DNA from: Bdellovibrionales bacterium
GTDB taxonomy: Bacteria > Bdellovibrionota > Bdellovibrionia > Bdellovibrionales > UBA1609
Length of the DNA: 64,000 bases
NCBI GenBank assembly: GCA_965261545.1
Contig: CBDHDF010000010.1
Location: 864,001-928,000 of the forward strand
Direction of reading: 5' to 3'
A program made the position numbers and the translations under genes. The notes under the pieces are model-generated. The model searched no databases, had not been told where the DNA came from, and worked only from the letters and a program-made list of their open reading frames with translations. Shown here in pieces: positions 40,738 through 51,462 of the stretch (the stretch's first letter is position 1; each line of letters begins with the position of its first letter).

Positions 40738-43607
40738 ATGAAAGAGATTCAAAAGAAAATTCAATGGTTCGATGCCTTTACTTTAAGCATTGCAATGGTT
40801 TTTACGATCGCACTGACGGCGTCTGTTAGAATGAAAGCTGAAAAAGAAGCTAAAGCTGACACCCAAGGAGACACTAAAGTAGAAACCAAAACCAATGCCA
40901 AAGCGGAGGCCGCCACAATCCCTACAGCAAAACCAGCCACTCCCCCCCCCCCAGCTATAGAGACGGCTAAAACTCCTCTAGTAGAAACAGCAGAGTCCCC
41001 CCCCCTGTTGCCACTGAGACAGCTCCAAAGACTGACGAAAACATAGAACTTGTGAAAGTGACGGGGTCACGCATCAAGCGTATTGATATGGAAGGTCCCT
41101 CCCCCGTGGTCGTTGTCGACAGGGAAGCCATGGAAAAAACAGGCTACAATTCAGTGGCCGATGTTTTGCGAGACATGACCGTCAACTCCTTTGGTTCAGG
41201 CCGTGAAACGGCTGGATCAACAGCTCCTGGAACCGCCAGCGTCAGTCTACGGGGCTTGGGAGCCACTCGAACCCTTGTACTCGTGGATGGCAAAAGAGTT
41301 CCCAAGGACTCTATAACTCAAGCGGCGGATCTTAACCTTGTTCCATTTGCTGCTGTGGATAGAATTGAAATTCTGAAGGACAGTGCCTCGGCTATTTATG
41401 GCTCGGATGCCTTGGGTGGAGTTGTCAATATCATCACCCGTAAGAATTTTACTGGAACAGAGGTTTCCCTCAAACAACTGGTCAGCCAAGAAAAGGGAGG
41501 GAACCAAACCGAAGTCAGCCTGACCTCGGGTTACTCTAGGGACAAACTCACTGTCACAGGTGTGCTCTATCACCGAAATAACCAAATGATCTACGCAAGA
41601 GACAGAGACCATGCCAAGTTGGGTTTGAGTCGCACGGGATCTCCAGGGACCTTCCGAACTTTAAAACCAAATTCCAGTGGTGATGGGTACGAGCCTTATA
41701 CCTTGGATGATGGAAAGACAACAGCTCCTCAATCTCGCCTACAAGCGGCTCCTGGCTGCCCTGAAAATAGAATCCTTGATATACTCGGAGGGCAGGTCTG
41801 CCAATTCAATTATGCGGATCATATGAGCATGCGGCCTAGCATTTCTCAAACCAGTGCCATGATCAATTCTGACTTTAAAGTCGTCGATGGATTGAACACC
41901 TTTGTCCGCATGGGTGCCACTCTGCGAAATGTGGATTGGGTTTATGCGCCCACTCCTGCGGGACCCACCAGTGGCCTCGGTGTGTCGGGGGCTCACGCCA
42001 AAACCTATATACCTGGAGCGGAGGACTCCGATGGTCTCAACCAAGCCTTTGCCAATCTTCAAGACACAGACTTTGTGGATATACGATATCGACTCTTAGA
42101 ACTGGGGAATCGCATTTCTGAGGTGGCCACACGACAATACAGCACATTGGCGGGCACCACCGTGGAAGTGGGGACCTCCTGGGAGATTGAATTGTCCACA
42201 AGTTATAGCCAAAGCTCTCGAGAAGATATTGGAGTGAGTGGCTATGCTCGTAAAGACGCCCTCAAAAGTTATCTTAAAAAGAGCTTTAATCCATTTGCTT
42301 CCAAGGGACAGAGAGGGGACCTTTCCGAACTCAATTATAGAACCTGGGCGACTTCAAAAACAAACTTTGTCTCCACAGAGATTTTAGGCACGGGAGAGAT
42401 CTTGGATCTCAAGCATGGTACCATCAATATGGCTTTAGGAGTCCAGACGTATAGAGAAGGTTTTAAAGTGGATGCTGACGAAGCCTCTAAAAAGGAAGAA
42501 ATTATTGGAAGTGCAGGCGGTGAACTCTCCGGAGATCGAAATGTTGTTTCTGCCTATGCTGAAATGGCTGTCCCCGTCCACCCCCGTGTGGATTGGAATT
42601 TCGCCGGACGCTTTGACTCTTACTCTGACTTCGGCCATGCTTTCAGTCCCCAAACTTCCCTTCGCTGGCAGGTCAACCCCCATGTTATGGTTCGCTCTTC
42701 CATTGGAGGCGGCTTTAAAGCTCCCGACTTGGACGACCTCTATCAAGCAAACTCCTTTGGTTGGCCTTCATTTATTGACCGCACTCTCTGTGCCCAGGAG
42801 AGTGGAAAAGGGCCGGCTTGTGCTCCTGAACAGTGGTTAACCAAGAGCAGTGGTAACAAAAAGCTTAAGGCTGAAAAATCGGTGTCAGCAAATATTGGCA
42901 CTGTTTTTCAACCCAACTCTAAATTATCTTTGGGGGTGGACGCTTGGTATCTTAAACTCGACAACCAAGTGAATATTGACTATGAAGCCATCACAGTGGC
43001 TGAGCAAAAATTTGGAGTTCCCTACCTTGTAAAGAATTTTGGAATTAACATTGAACGCGACACCGATGGCACCATCCTTCTCTTAACAGCTCCACTTCAG
43101 AATCTTGATGAATTGGAGACCACTGGGATTGATCTTTCCGCCGAGTGGAAAACTGATGTCACCACACCTTATGGGTTGGCAGGCTGGCTTCAAGGCCGCT
43201 GGACCCTCGGTGTTCAACACTCCCACCTTTTATCTCGTAAATCCAGAGGGCTTCCCGGCTTGGACAAAGAGAATAAACTTGGCAAGCATGGATATCCACC
43301 CTGGAGAAATATTTTAGCTTTGACCTACGCTCCCACAAACAAGCAGGCAGGCACCTTGTCTGTAAGAACTGTGGCGGGCTATGAAAAAGAAAATCATCAG
43401 GCGGGTCATCTCAAGTCCTACATGGAGTTCGACCTTCAGTACGCCTACAGCGGTCACTGGGGAGGTGTGATTTCAGCAGGACTTCGCAATGTGTTGGGGA
43501 GCACCCCCCCCACTGACAACAGCAATCCTGATGCTCCCGGGATTTCCCATGCACTCTACGATGGAAATGGACGGATCGGCTGGGTTCAATACAAGCATAT
43601 GTTCTAG
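40738..43607 (+). pseudogene. TonB-dependent receptor split by a 1-nt frameshift at a C9 tract (phase-off state or sequencing error)
   Basis: 40738-41046 holds the SD, signal peptide and Ala/Pro/Thr linker. 41052-43607 holds VTGSRIKR, DRIEILKDSASAIYGSDALGGVVN, the barrel and terminal Phe. One extra C in 40997-41005 fuses the two. Confidence 0.88.
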
Positions 43608-43684
43608 CAAGCATAGGCTCTGAAGGTTGAAGGAAACAAACTATCATTTGAGGTGATAGAACTAGATTTAGGAGTATTGTGGGG

Positions 43685-45517
43685 CTACGATTCAGTTTTA
43701 TTATTCTGGAAGAGGCTATTGTAAGCTCTCCAAAAGCCTTCTGAATCTTTATTATCTGGTTGTAGCTCAATGATGGCCCCTGTCGTTTTGACTTTGGAAA
43801 TATCCACTCGACTTACCTTATCCTTATCCACTTTGGATGAGCAGGATTGAAAGAGGTGATATTCAAGGCCAAATAATTGGGCCCAATTCTTAAAATGGAT
43901 ATCATGGCGATTTTCAAAAGAAGGATTGTTAAAAACTTGGGAAAAAATTTTTCCACCTCCGTTATTAATAACCACAATGCAAAAGGGAGGAGTCTCCATC
44001 CTCCCATAAATCCAAAGGGCATTGAGATCGTAGAGAGCACTTAAGTCTCCCAGAAGGCACCAGTTTCTTTTGTGAGCATCCATGGACCCCAAAAAACTAG
44101 AGATAGTTCCGTCAATGCCGTTGACCCCACGGTTAGCTTTAATGTGGGTGTGAGGCACTTTTCTGCTTGCACTTAAATCCCACTCACGAATGGGCAAGCT
44201 ATTCCCTAAAAAAACAATATCCTCCGAAGGAATCTGCTGAGAAAGCTCTTTCACTATAGAGGGCTCAGAGTGGGGAAAGGCTTTATAGAGTCCCTGGAGC
44301 TTACGGCTCTTTTCTTGATCCCAAAGAAACCATGGCGAGCTTTTCCCTTCTTTATTTCTCGTCTTCTCTTTGACCTTTGAAGAGTGTGCCAATTCTGCCA
44401 AAGAGACTTCCAGCTCAGGGGCTTCCAACTCAGAGATTTTCAACCCAGGGACTTCCCATTCTTCTAAAAAGCTTTCAAAACTTTGGGGTTTTTCAGTCAC
44501 TCTCGCTAGCCCTGAAAAGGGAAGATGACTGACAGAATGCACGGGGAGGTCTGTCCACAGAGTGTCTAGTTCCCTCCAAAATTTCAGCGTAGGCACAGAG
44601 CCAATCCTTAAAAGGCTTTTAAACCCATGGCGCTGCCAGGCCATCTTGACGGAAAGAGGGCCTGATTGAATCAGTAGAGGAAAAAGTTCATCATTTTCAC
44701 GAAGACCTGAGGGAGCCTCTGCATAAATGGGTCGATGAATTTTTTTAAGAACTTCCACAAGGCGAGAACGATATTTTTCTGGAACTTCTCCAAGAATGAA
44801 AAGGGGCAAGGAAAAATCCTCTGTTTCCGTGGTCGAGTTCTCAAAACCGGAGAAAGCTTCGCAGGAGCCGAAGAGGGGTTCATCAAAACTTATATTGATA
44901 TGGATGGGGCTGTGGATAGAGTGAAGCTCGGATCTCAATTTTAACATAGGACTTGAATCTACGAAACTTGGGCTTGGGCCTGCGGGACTTGAATCTACCA
45001 AGCTTGGGTCTACAAGACCTGAACCCATGGGGCTTAAATCTAAGCCCGTAGAACTCAAGCCCAAATCCATGGAGTTTAAACTTACATCTGTAGAACTCAA
45101 ACCCAAATCTATAGTCGGAGCGTAGTGGCTGAATATGCCCACCTGCTGGATACTTTGTGGAGCTCCAGATTGTCGGTATGAAGGGGGGCGATCTGCGGTA
45201 ATAAGCACAAGGGGGCGCTGGGTGTAGTGAGCCTCAATAATGGCAGGGTAGAGTTCAGCCACAGCCGTTCCTGAAGTCGTGACCACGGCCGCAGGGGCTT
45301 CACCAGGGGATTTTGTTCGACCAAGGGCAAAAAAGGCCGCCGATCTTTCATCAAAAAAATGCCTGACACATAGAGAGAGAGGTTCTGAATCTTGAAGTTT
45401 ATTGAGGGCCACCACGAGAGGGGCATTTCTTGCTCCAGCACACACACAAAAATCAGAAATTCCAAAGTGCAAGCAAGTTTGGATTAAATGCATGGACCTT
45501 TCCATAGGACTCATCAC
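43685..45517 (-). CDS. menD: SEPHCHC synthase MenD (with low-complexity inserts)
   Basis: Motifs GARNAPL, DERSAAFFALG, TTSGTAVAEL.PA..EA, TADRP, GNSLPIR, NRGVNGIDG, GDLSALYD and NNGGGKIF. Confidence 0.95.
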   Translation of the reverse strand: MMSPMERSMHLIQTCLHFGISDFCVCAGARNAPLVVALNKLQDSEPLSLCVRHFFDERSAAFFALGRTKSPGEAPAAVVTTSGTAVAELYPAIIEAHYTQRPLVLITADRPPSYRQSGAPQSIQQVGIFSHYAPTIDLGLSSTDVSLNSMDLGLSSTGLDLSPMGSGLVDPSLVDSSPAGPSPSFVDSSPMLKLRSELHSIHSPIHINISFDEPLFGSCEAFSGFENSTTETEDFSLPLFILGEVPEKYRSRLVEVLKKIHRPIYAEAPSGLRENDELFPLLIQSGPLSVKMAWQRHGFKSLLRIGSVPTLKFWRELDTLWTDLPVHSVSHLPFSGLARVTEKPQSFESFLEEWEVPGLKISELEAPELEVSLAELAHSSKVKEKTRNKEGKSSPWFLWDQEKSRKLQGLYKAFPHSEPSIVKELSQQIPSEDIVFLGNSLPIREWDLSASRKVPHTHIKANRGVNGIDGTISSFLGSMDAHKRNWCLLGDLSALYDLNALWIYGRMETPPFCIVVINNGGGKIFSQVFNNPSFENRHDIHFKNWAQLFGLEYHLFQSCSSKVDKDKVSRVDISKVKTTGAIIELQPDNKDSEGFWRAYNSLFQNNKTES

Positions 45518-45576
45518 AGGGTCTCCTTGTTACCCTCTCAATTATCTAATCTCATTGTCTAACTCAATGACCTCAT

Positions 45577-46794
45577 TCAATGAGCTAAGATCTGAATGAC
45601 AGATTGCCTTTTGAGAGAAAGTTCTTCCCATTCACGCTGCAACTGGCTGGGTTCCACAATACCACAGCCTGAACCCAAGTAACTGTTTCCACCAAACCAT
45701 TGAATATTTCGAATGGCCACACAAACTTTCGCCACTCCTTCAGGAAACAAAACTCCAAAGGGGGCTCCAAACCTTTTTCTCAAAACAGGCGGATCCATTT
45801 CTTTGAGTTGTTGCCAATGGAGTTTGTTCGAAGCAAGACCAAGAGCAGGCGTGGGGTGCAATCGCTCACACAAGTCATGAAATATCTGAAAATGAAAACA
45901 ATTCTTCTCTCCATGACTTTCATGGCTATCATGACTTCCATGGCTTCTTCTGTGGCCCTTGCTGTCATGACTGCCATCGCTGCCGTGGCTCCCAGGACTT
46001 CCATGGTTCCGCCGAAGAACAATGTCTGTTCTCAAGTGCTGAATCTGACCATAGTTCCATTCGTAGGCCGGGCCTTTATCTACGAAACCAAAAGATTGGA
46101 GGCGATCATAGATAGCATCCACCACAATCTCATGTTCAAGGCACTCTTTCGGGTCATCAAGAAGGGAGTCCTCCCCCAACTTTTTTGTTCCTGCAAGAGC
46201 CATGGTTTTCACCACCTTCCCATGGGATTTATATTCAAAAAGAAGCTCTGGAGTGCAACCCAAAAGACCCTCCCCACGATCATTCCACCACCCATAAAAT
46301 TTAGGCCAAGGCGAAAATTTCAGCCCAGGTGAGAGAGAAAACGACTTCTGACTCTTTGCAAGAACGACCCTCTTCTCAGCTTCTGAAATTTCACCCTTGG
46401 ACTCGGCAAATACAATGGGAACAGCTTTTGTGATATCCCCTCGGTGGATATTTTCTTTGATTCTATGAAAAGTGGAGGCGAACTCTTCCAATGGGGGGTC
46501 TTTCCACAATCTCCTCCTCTGGCGGCCCTGCGGAGAGTTCTCCCTAGAATTTTTTTCCCAGGAATATTTCTTTGAAAACAATCCTCCATGTTCAAACACA
46601 CACCACGGCTTATCATCTTTCATATAAAAATCGGGAATGTAACAAGAAATTTTATGGGAAAGAGGTTTCTTTGACCATTGAGAATTTCCCCAGGCTACAA
46701 AATCAAAGAATTCATTCCATTGAAGAAAGAACCCATTTTGAAAAAATGCTTCTTCACTCCAGTGGCGATACTCATCAAGATTCATGCTCTTCAC
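45577..46794 (-). CDS. menF: Isochorismate synthase MenF (with a His/Ser/Gly insert)
   Basis: Chorismate-binding motifs G.TPELL, MALAGT, KE..EH.IV, LHPTPALG, VAIRN and GCGIV; adjacent to menD. Confidence 0.9.
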   Translation of the reverse strand: MKSMNLDEYRHWSEEAFFQNGFFLQWNEFFDFVAWGNSQWSKKPLSHKISCYIPDFYMKDDKPWCVFEHGGLFSKKYSWEKNSRENSPQGRQRRRLWKDPPLEEFASTFHRIKENIHRGDITKAVPIVFAESKGEISEAEKRVVLAKSQKSFSLSPGLKFSPWPKFYGWWNDRGEGLLGCTPELLFEYKSHGKVVKTMALAGTKKLGEDSLLDDPKECLEHEIVVDAIYDRLQSFGFVDKGPAYEWNYGQIQHLRTDIVLRRNHGSPGSHGSDGSHDSKGHRRSHGSHDSHESHGEKNCFHFQIFHDLCERLHPTPALGLASNKLHWQQLKEMDPPVLRKRFGAPFGVLFPEGVAKVCVAIRNIQWFGGNSYLGSGCGIVEPSQLQREWEELSLKRQSVIQILAH

Positions 46795-46827
46795 TTAGGT
46801 TTATGCTTTTCATCTAGGTTTATACCA

Positions 46828-48492
46828 CTAAAGAGTTATTTTCTCTTTATATTTCCCAAAAATATCACGAAGGGTATCACTTATTTCCCCCAGTGTGGCG
46901 GAGTGATCCACAGCCTCTATAAATAAGGGCATGAGGTTTTCCTCCCCCTGAGCGGCTTGCTTGATGTTTTGAAGGGACCTTTTCACTTGCTCATTGTTAC
47001 GACGAGTTTTGATGGCTTGAAGTCGCTCTATTTGTTCCCGGGCGATTTCCTCTGATATTTTTAAAGTGGGAATTTTGGCATCTTTATCTTTGCTTTCTTG
47101 TTGGAACTGATTGATTCCCACAATGATTTGCTTTCTTCTTTCTATGTCTAGTTGCTGTTTATAGGCTGAATCTTGTATTTCTCCTTGAACCCACCCCTGC
47201 TCAATGCAAGAAACCATACCTCCCAGGGCCTCAATACGTTCGATGTAGTCAGTGGCCCTTTTCTCCATTTCATCGGTAAGGCTTTCAATATAATAAGAGC
47301 CTCCTAGGGGATCAATAACATCTGGCACACCAGATTCATGGGCGAGGATTTGTTGGGTTCTCAATGCAATGGTGGCAGCCTTTTCTGTGGGAAGCCCAAG
47401 GGCTTCATCCATGGAGTTGGTATGTAAGCTTTGGGTTCCCCCAAGAACGGCGGACAGTGCCTGGAGTGTGACCCTGGAAATATTGTTTTCAGGTTGTTGA
47501 GCGGTAAGAGTCACTCCCGCCGTTTGGGAGTGAAACCTCAATTTCATAGCCTTAGCGTTGGTGGCACCAAAGCGATCTTTCATCAATCGCGCCCACATTC
47601 GACGAGCGGCTCGAAATTTTGCAATCTCCTCAAAGAAATTATTGTGAACATTAAAAAAGAAACTGAGCCTTTCACCAAATTGATTGATATCAAGCCCCTT
47701 ATCGAGAGCCGATTGTACATAAGTCATTCCGTTGGCAATGGTGAATGCAAGTTCTTGAACGGCTGTGCTTCCCGCCTCTCGTATGTGATATCCCGAAATA
47801 CTAATGGTATTCCAGCCAGGAATATTTTGGGTGCAGTAATCAAAAATATCTGTGATGATTCGCAGAGAAGGTTTGGGGGGAAATATATAAGTTCCACGGG
47901 CAATATATTCTTTAAGAAGATCGTTTTGAATGGTCCCACGAATTTGGTCTTTACTCACATTGCGTCTCTTAGACGCTGTGATGTAAAAAGCGAGGAGAAT
48001 GCCGGCCGTGGCATTAATCGTCATGGAGGTAGAAACCTTATCCAAGGGAATCTGATCCAAAAGAATTTCCATATCCTCAATGGAGCTAATGGCCACCCCG
48101 ACCTTACCAACTTCTCCCGTAGACATAATGTGATCGGAGTCGTATCCCATCTGCGTGGGAAGATCAAAGGCAACACTCAGGCCCGTGGTGCCCTTTTCTA
48201 AGAGCATTCGGTAACGCTTGTTGCTCTCCCTCGCTGAGCCAAAACCAGCATACTGGCGCATGGTCCACAAACGCCCCCGGTACATGGTTTCTTGAACTCC
48301 CCTTGTGTAGGGATAAACTCCAGGAGGAGGAAGTGATGGAGACTCACCACCTTCTAAACCTTCGCCTCCATCACCTGTGGGCCTTTCTATGGAGGCTTCA
48401 TAGATGGGCCTCGGCCTCTCATTCTCATAAAAAGCCTTGAGTTCGATCTGACTTGAATTGGTGAAATTATTTTTTCGCAACCCTTTTTTCAT
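46828..48492 (-). CDS. Methylmalonyl-CoA mutase large (substrate-binding) subunit
   Basis: Motifs [52 protein letters not shown] and [10 protein letters not shown]. No B12-binding domain. Confidence 0.95.
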   Translation of the reverse strand: MKKGLRKNNFTNSSQIELKAFYENERPRPIYEASIERPTGDGGEGLEGGESPSLPPPGVYPYTRGVQETMYRGRLWTMRQYAGFGSARESNKRYRMLLEKGTTGLSVAFDLPTQMGYDSDHIMSTGEVGKVGVAISSIEDMEILLDQIPLDKVSTSMTINATAGILLAFYITASKRRNVSKDQIRGTIQNDLLKEYIARGTYIFPPKPSLRIITDIFDYCTQNIPGWNTISISGYHIREAGSTAVQELAFTIANGMTYVQSALDKGLDINQFGERLSFFFNVHNNFFEEIAKFRAARRMWARLMKDRFGATNAKAMKLRFHSQTAGVTLTAQQPENNISRVTLQALSAVLGGTQSLHTNSMDEALGLPTEKAATIALRTQQILAHESGVPDVIDPLGGSYYIESLTDEMEKRATDYIERIEALGGMVSCIEQGWVQGEIQDSAYKQQLDIERRKQIIVGINQFQQESKDKDAKIPTLKISEEIAREQIERLQAIKTRRNNEQVKRSLQNIKQAAQGEENLMPLFIEAVDHSATLGEISDTLRDIFGKYKEKITL

Positions 48493-48509
48493 TTGTTTTA
48501 TAAATATTT

Positions 48510-49382
48510 TTATTTTTTTACACCAACACGTTCAAACACCATGGGGATTTCCATTTCAAGTAAGGATGTGAACACGATGGCTTCAAACATATCTGCATCC
48601 TCAAGCTTATCTGCACCCAATGGCTTGATAGTGCTTAAATCAATTTTTTGAGTGTAAGTGATTTCTTCATTGGCAAAAGCGATATGTTTACAACTCATAT
48701 TGGAAATGAGAACTTGACCTACAATTGTAGCCTTACCATCACAATTTATAGAGCCCTCGGGGTGTACTTCTTTGAGAGTCACAGACCCATTTTCTGCAAG
48801 TGTGACAAAGTTTTCCACTCCTGGCATTAAAGAAGAAGTGACTTTATAGGAACCAACTAAATCTTTGAACTGTGGAAGTTGAGTACCTTCATCTTCAGCT
48901 TTTTTAGAAGGTTCTAAAGGAGGCACTATTTTCCTTTCAAAAGTCATTTTTGCGTCACCAACGGCGACGAAAAATTTGCCTTCAAATTTATCAAATTGAG
49001 TCACACCTCTTAAATCAATGAAGAAAGTGCCAGAATTACAGTTTGAATTTAGTGGGATCTCTGGGATCTCAAATAGTAGTACCCTTCCCTGTAGTTCGCC
49101 TTTGCCACGGCATTGAATTTTCCCCTCCTCTTCGAGAAAGATGTCTCCATCCTCTGTCAGAGTTATGGCGCCACTATCATCACTACCACTCAGCTCATCT
49201 ATCACCACCTTGTAAGAGCCAACTAAATCTTTGTACTCAAGGGCTTTAGTTCCTGCAGAATGCACCGAATATCCAGCAAAGATAAGAAATGCTGTGCATA
49301 AGTAGGCACAGCATAATGCACAAAATACTGAAGGCCGTTTATAAAAATTATAGGATTTGACATCGATTATAGGTTTTTTCAT
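48510..49382 (-). CDS. Hypothetical exported protein with an internally duplicated beta-rich domain
   Basis: SD GGGAGG and a hydrophobic N-terminus. Two modules begin KDLVGSYKV and end MTFER / MVFER. Confidence 0.8.
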   Translation of the reverse strand: MKKPIIDVKSYNFYKRPSVFCALCCAYLCTAFLIFAGYSVHSAGTKALEYKDLVGSYKVVIDELSGSDDSGAITLTEDGDIFLEEEGKIQCRGKGELQGRVLLFEIPEIPLNSNCNSGTFFIDLRGVTQFDKFEGKFFVAVGDAKMTFERKIVPPLEPSKKAEDEGTQLPQFKDLVGSYKVTSSLMPGVENFVTLAENGSVTLKEVHPEGSINCDGKATIVGQVLISNMSCKHIAFANEEITYTQKIDLSTIKPLGADKLEDADMFEAIVFTSLLEMEIPMVFERVGVKK

Positions 49383-49475
49383 TTCAACCTCCCTTTAAGA
49401 AGTAAATTTGAGTTTGTTTCTACTACTATTGCTTATGCTACAAATCAAGCCACAGGTACTAGTAAGCCATGAGGT

Positions 49476-49600
49476 TTGTCAATAAAAAATCCTACCGATA
49501 CAAAGCATATTCCCAGAAAGTTCACCATCTTGTTGGAGTCCTACCGAGAGGGTAAGAAAGTTCGCAAGCGTACCTTACTTTCTTTGGGCCGTGTCATACG
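49476..49600 (+). mobile_element. IS1634-like transposase N-terminal relic
   Basis: ILLESYREGKKVRKRTLLSLG matches the N-terminal signature of IS1634-type transposases; the rest is absent. Confidence 0.6.
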
Positions 49601-49678
49601 AACTGTGGGTACGAGATATTGCAGGCAATGGCCTTATTTCGAGCTACGGGGCAAGCCTCCCCTTTCTTAGCCCTTGAT

Positions 49679-50163
49679 ATAGATACCCTCATTTGAGGCT
49701 CACCGATGGTATGCAATTTGTCATTGTAGAATTGAACAAGTTCATTGGCAGATTAGACAGCCTTGTTGACCAACGTGAAGCGTGGTGCTATTTCTTAAAG
49801 AGATCGGATGAGTTGGATCAACAAACCAGCCAAGAGCTAGCCAAAAAAGGAAGGGACATGGGAAGAGCCGTCAAAAATTTGTGGAATTTGTCTCAAGACG
49901 AACTCATGCGAGAGCGACTTGAAGCTGAAGATAAGCAGCGTCGAGATTTTTTGTCACAGATCGACACAGCCCATGCAGAGGGGTTTGAAAAAGGATATAA
50001 AGAAGCCCGTGAAAGAAGACGTAAAGAAGGGCGAAGGAAGGAGAGGGAGGCTTTTGTTTTAAAGTTACTTTCAGAAGGTATAAAAATTTCTGTTATAACT
50101 ACAGTGACAGAGTTTTCTGAAGACGAAATCAAGGCTCTTCAAAAAAGTAAAAATTTTAAATAG
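49679..50163 (+). pseudogene. Orphan 3' fragment of an Rpn-family gene
   Basis: Near-identical to 15348-15820 and to the 3' part of 50413-51462. It has no nuclease domain and a divergent repeat region. Confidence 0.88.
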
Positions 50164-50190
50164 AATTTAAAGTATTTTTGTAGTTATGTT
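50155..50190 (+). repeat. 36-bp perfect direct repeat, copy 1 (copy 2 at 53495-53530)
   Basis: TTTAAATAGAATTTAAAGTATTTTTGTAGTTATGTT at both positions. Confidence 0.9.
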
Positions 50191-50412
50191 CCATAGTAAC
50201 ATTGCTCTTGATAAAATAGGGGTGAGGGGCTATAAATTAACCACGATTCGCTTAAAAAACCCTCCACTTTTTTTAGGGAACTCCAAACACTTCATTCATG
50301 AACGACCATTGGGAATTGGATTGACTGTCAAGCCAAAGGAGGGAAGTTGCAGCCCACGTCTGTGAAAACATACATTGACTTTACTCCAAAGCAAGATGCA
50401 CAATTCTTACTT

Positions 50413-51462
50413 ATGAAAAAATCCCTTCCTCCCCTTTGCTTAACCCTTGATAATGCTTTTAAAGCATTTTTTAAGCATGACCAGGGCTTGCTCAAGCCTT
50501 TGTTGCAGGATTTTCTTCCTTTGCCACCCGGTTGTCGGGTGGAGCATGTTCAGCTGTTAGATACCGAAGAAAACTCTTCAGAGGCGAGCAAGCCTTCGGG
50601 AAAAACCTTCATCTTGGACATGAAGCTTCGCATCTCTCGACAATTATCCAGTGGGGAATGGGTTGAAAATGAAACTGTGAACGTGGAAATGCAAACCGTC
50701 TCCCAAAGAGACTTCACAAATCGCCTTCTTGCCTATGCGGGACGGGTCTACTCCAATCAAGTGAAAGAAGGAGAACAGTACGAGAAATTAAGAACTGTTT
50801 ACTCCCTTGTTTTCAGTACTGTAGACCTTCCTGAGCTACGCAAGGACAACGATTATTACCACACATGCAGCATGAGGCAAGATCGACACCCTCACTTGAG
50901 GCTCACCGATGGTATGCAATTTGTCATTGTAGAATTGAACAAGTTCATTGGCAGATTAGACAGTCTTGTTGACCAGCGTGAAGCGTGGTGCTATTTCTTA
51001 AAGAGATCGGATGAGTTGGATCAACAAACCAGCCAAGAGCTAGCCAAAAAAGGAAGGGACATGGGAAGAGCCGTCAAAAATTTGTGGAATTTGTCTCAAG
51101 ACGAACTCATGCGAGAGCGACTTGAAGCTGAAGATAAGCAGCGTCGAGATCGTTTATCACAGATCGACACAGCCCATGAAGAGGGGCGTGAAGAAGGGCG
51201 CGAAGAGGGGCGTGAAGAAGGACGCGAAGAAGGGCGTGAAGAAGGGCTTGAAAGAGGACGTGAAGAAGGACGCGAAGAAGGGCGTGAAGAAGGGCTTGAA
51301 AGAGGACGTGAAGAAGGGCTTGAAAGAGGACGTGAAGAAGGGCGAAGGGAGGAGAGAGAAGCTTTTGTTTTAAAGTTACTTTCAGAAGGTATAGAAGTTC
51401 CTGTTATAGCTACAGTGACAGAGTTTTCTGAAGACGAAATCAAGGCTCTTCAAAAAAAGTAA
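50413..51462 (+). CDS. Rpn-family recombination-promoting nuclease/putative transposase (PD-(D/E)XK), intact
   Basis: Motifs LTLDNAFKAFF, ILDMK, NVEMQ, R...YAGRVY and IVEL.K, then (R/L)E(E/R)G repeats and an HTH-like tail. ATG 50413 matches the paralog start at 13456. Confidence 0.93.
   Translation: MKKSLPPLCLTLDNAFKAFFKHDQGLLKPLLQDFLPLPPGCRVEHVQLLDTEENSSEASKPSGKTFILDMKLRISRQLSSGEWVENETVNVEMQTVSQRDFTNRLLAYAGRVYSNQVKEGEQYEKLRTVYSLVFSTVDLPELRKDNDYYHTCSMRQDRHPHLRLTDGMQFVIVELNKFIGRLDSLVDQREAWCYFLKRSDELDQQTSQELAKKGRDMGRAVKNLWNLSQDELMRERLEAEDKQRRDRLSQIDTAHEEGREEGREEGREEGREEGREEGLERGREEGREEGREEGLERGREEGLERGREEGRREEREAFVLKLLSEGIEVPVIATVTEFSEDEIKALQKK
51175..51342 (+). repeat. 12-bp coding tandem repeat, 14 units
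   Basis: CGTGAAGAAGGG / CTTGAAAGAGGA units; the other two alleles have 5 units each. Confidence 0.92.

Noticed and set aside
40738..41046. Independent 102-aa gene
   Set aside because: It is the frameshifted N-terminus of the downstream receptor.
51175..51342. Possible CRISPR or other non-coding array
   Set aside because: It is an in-frame 12-bp coding repeat typical of Rpn C-termini.
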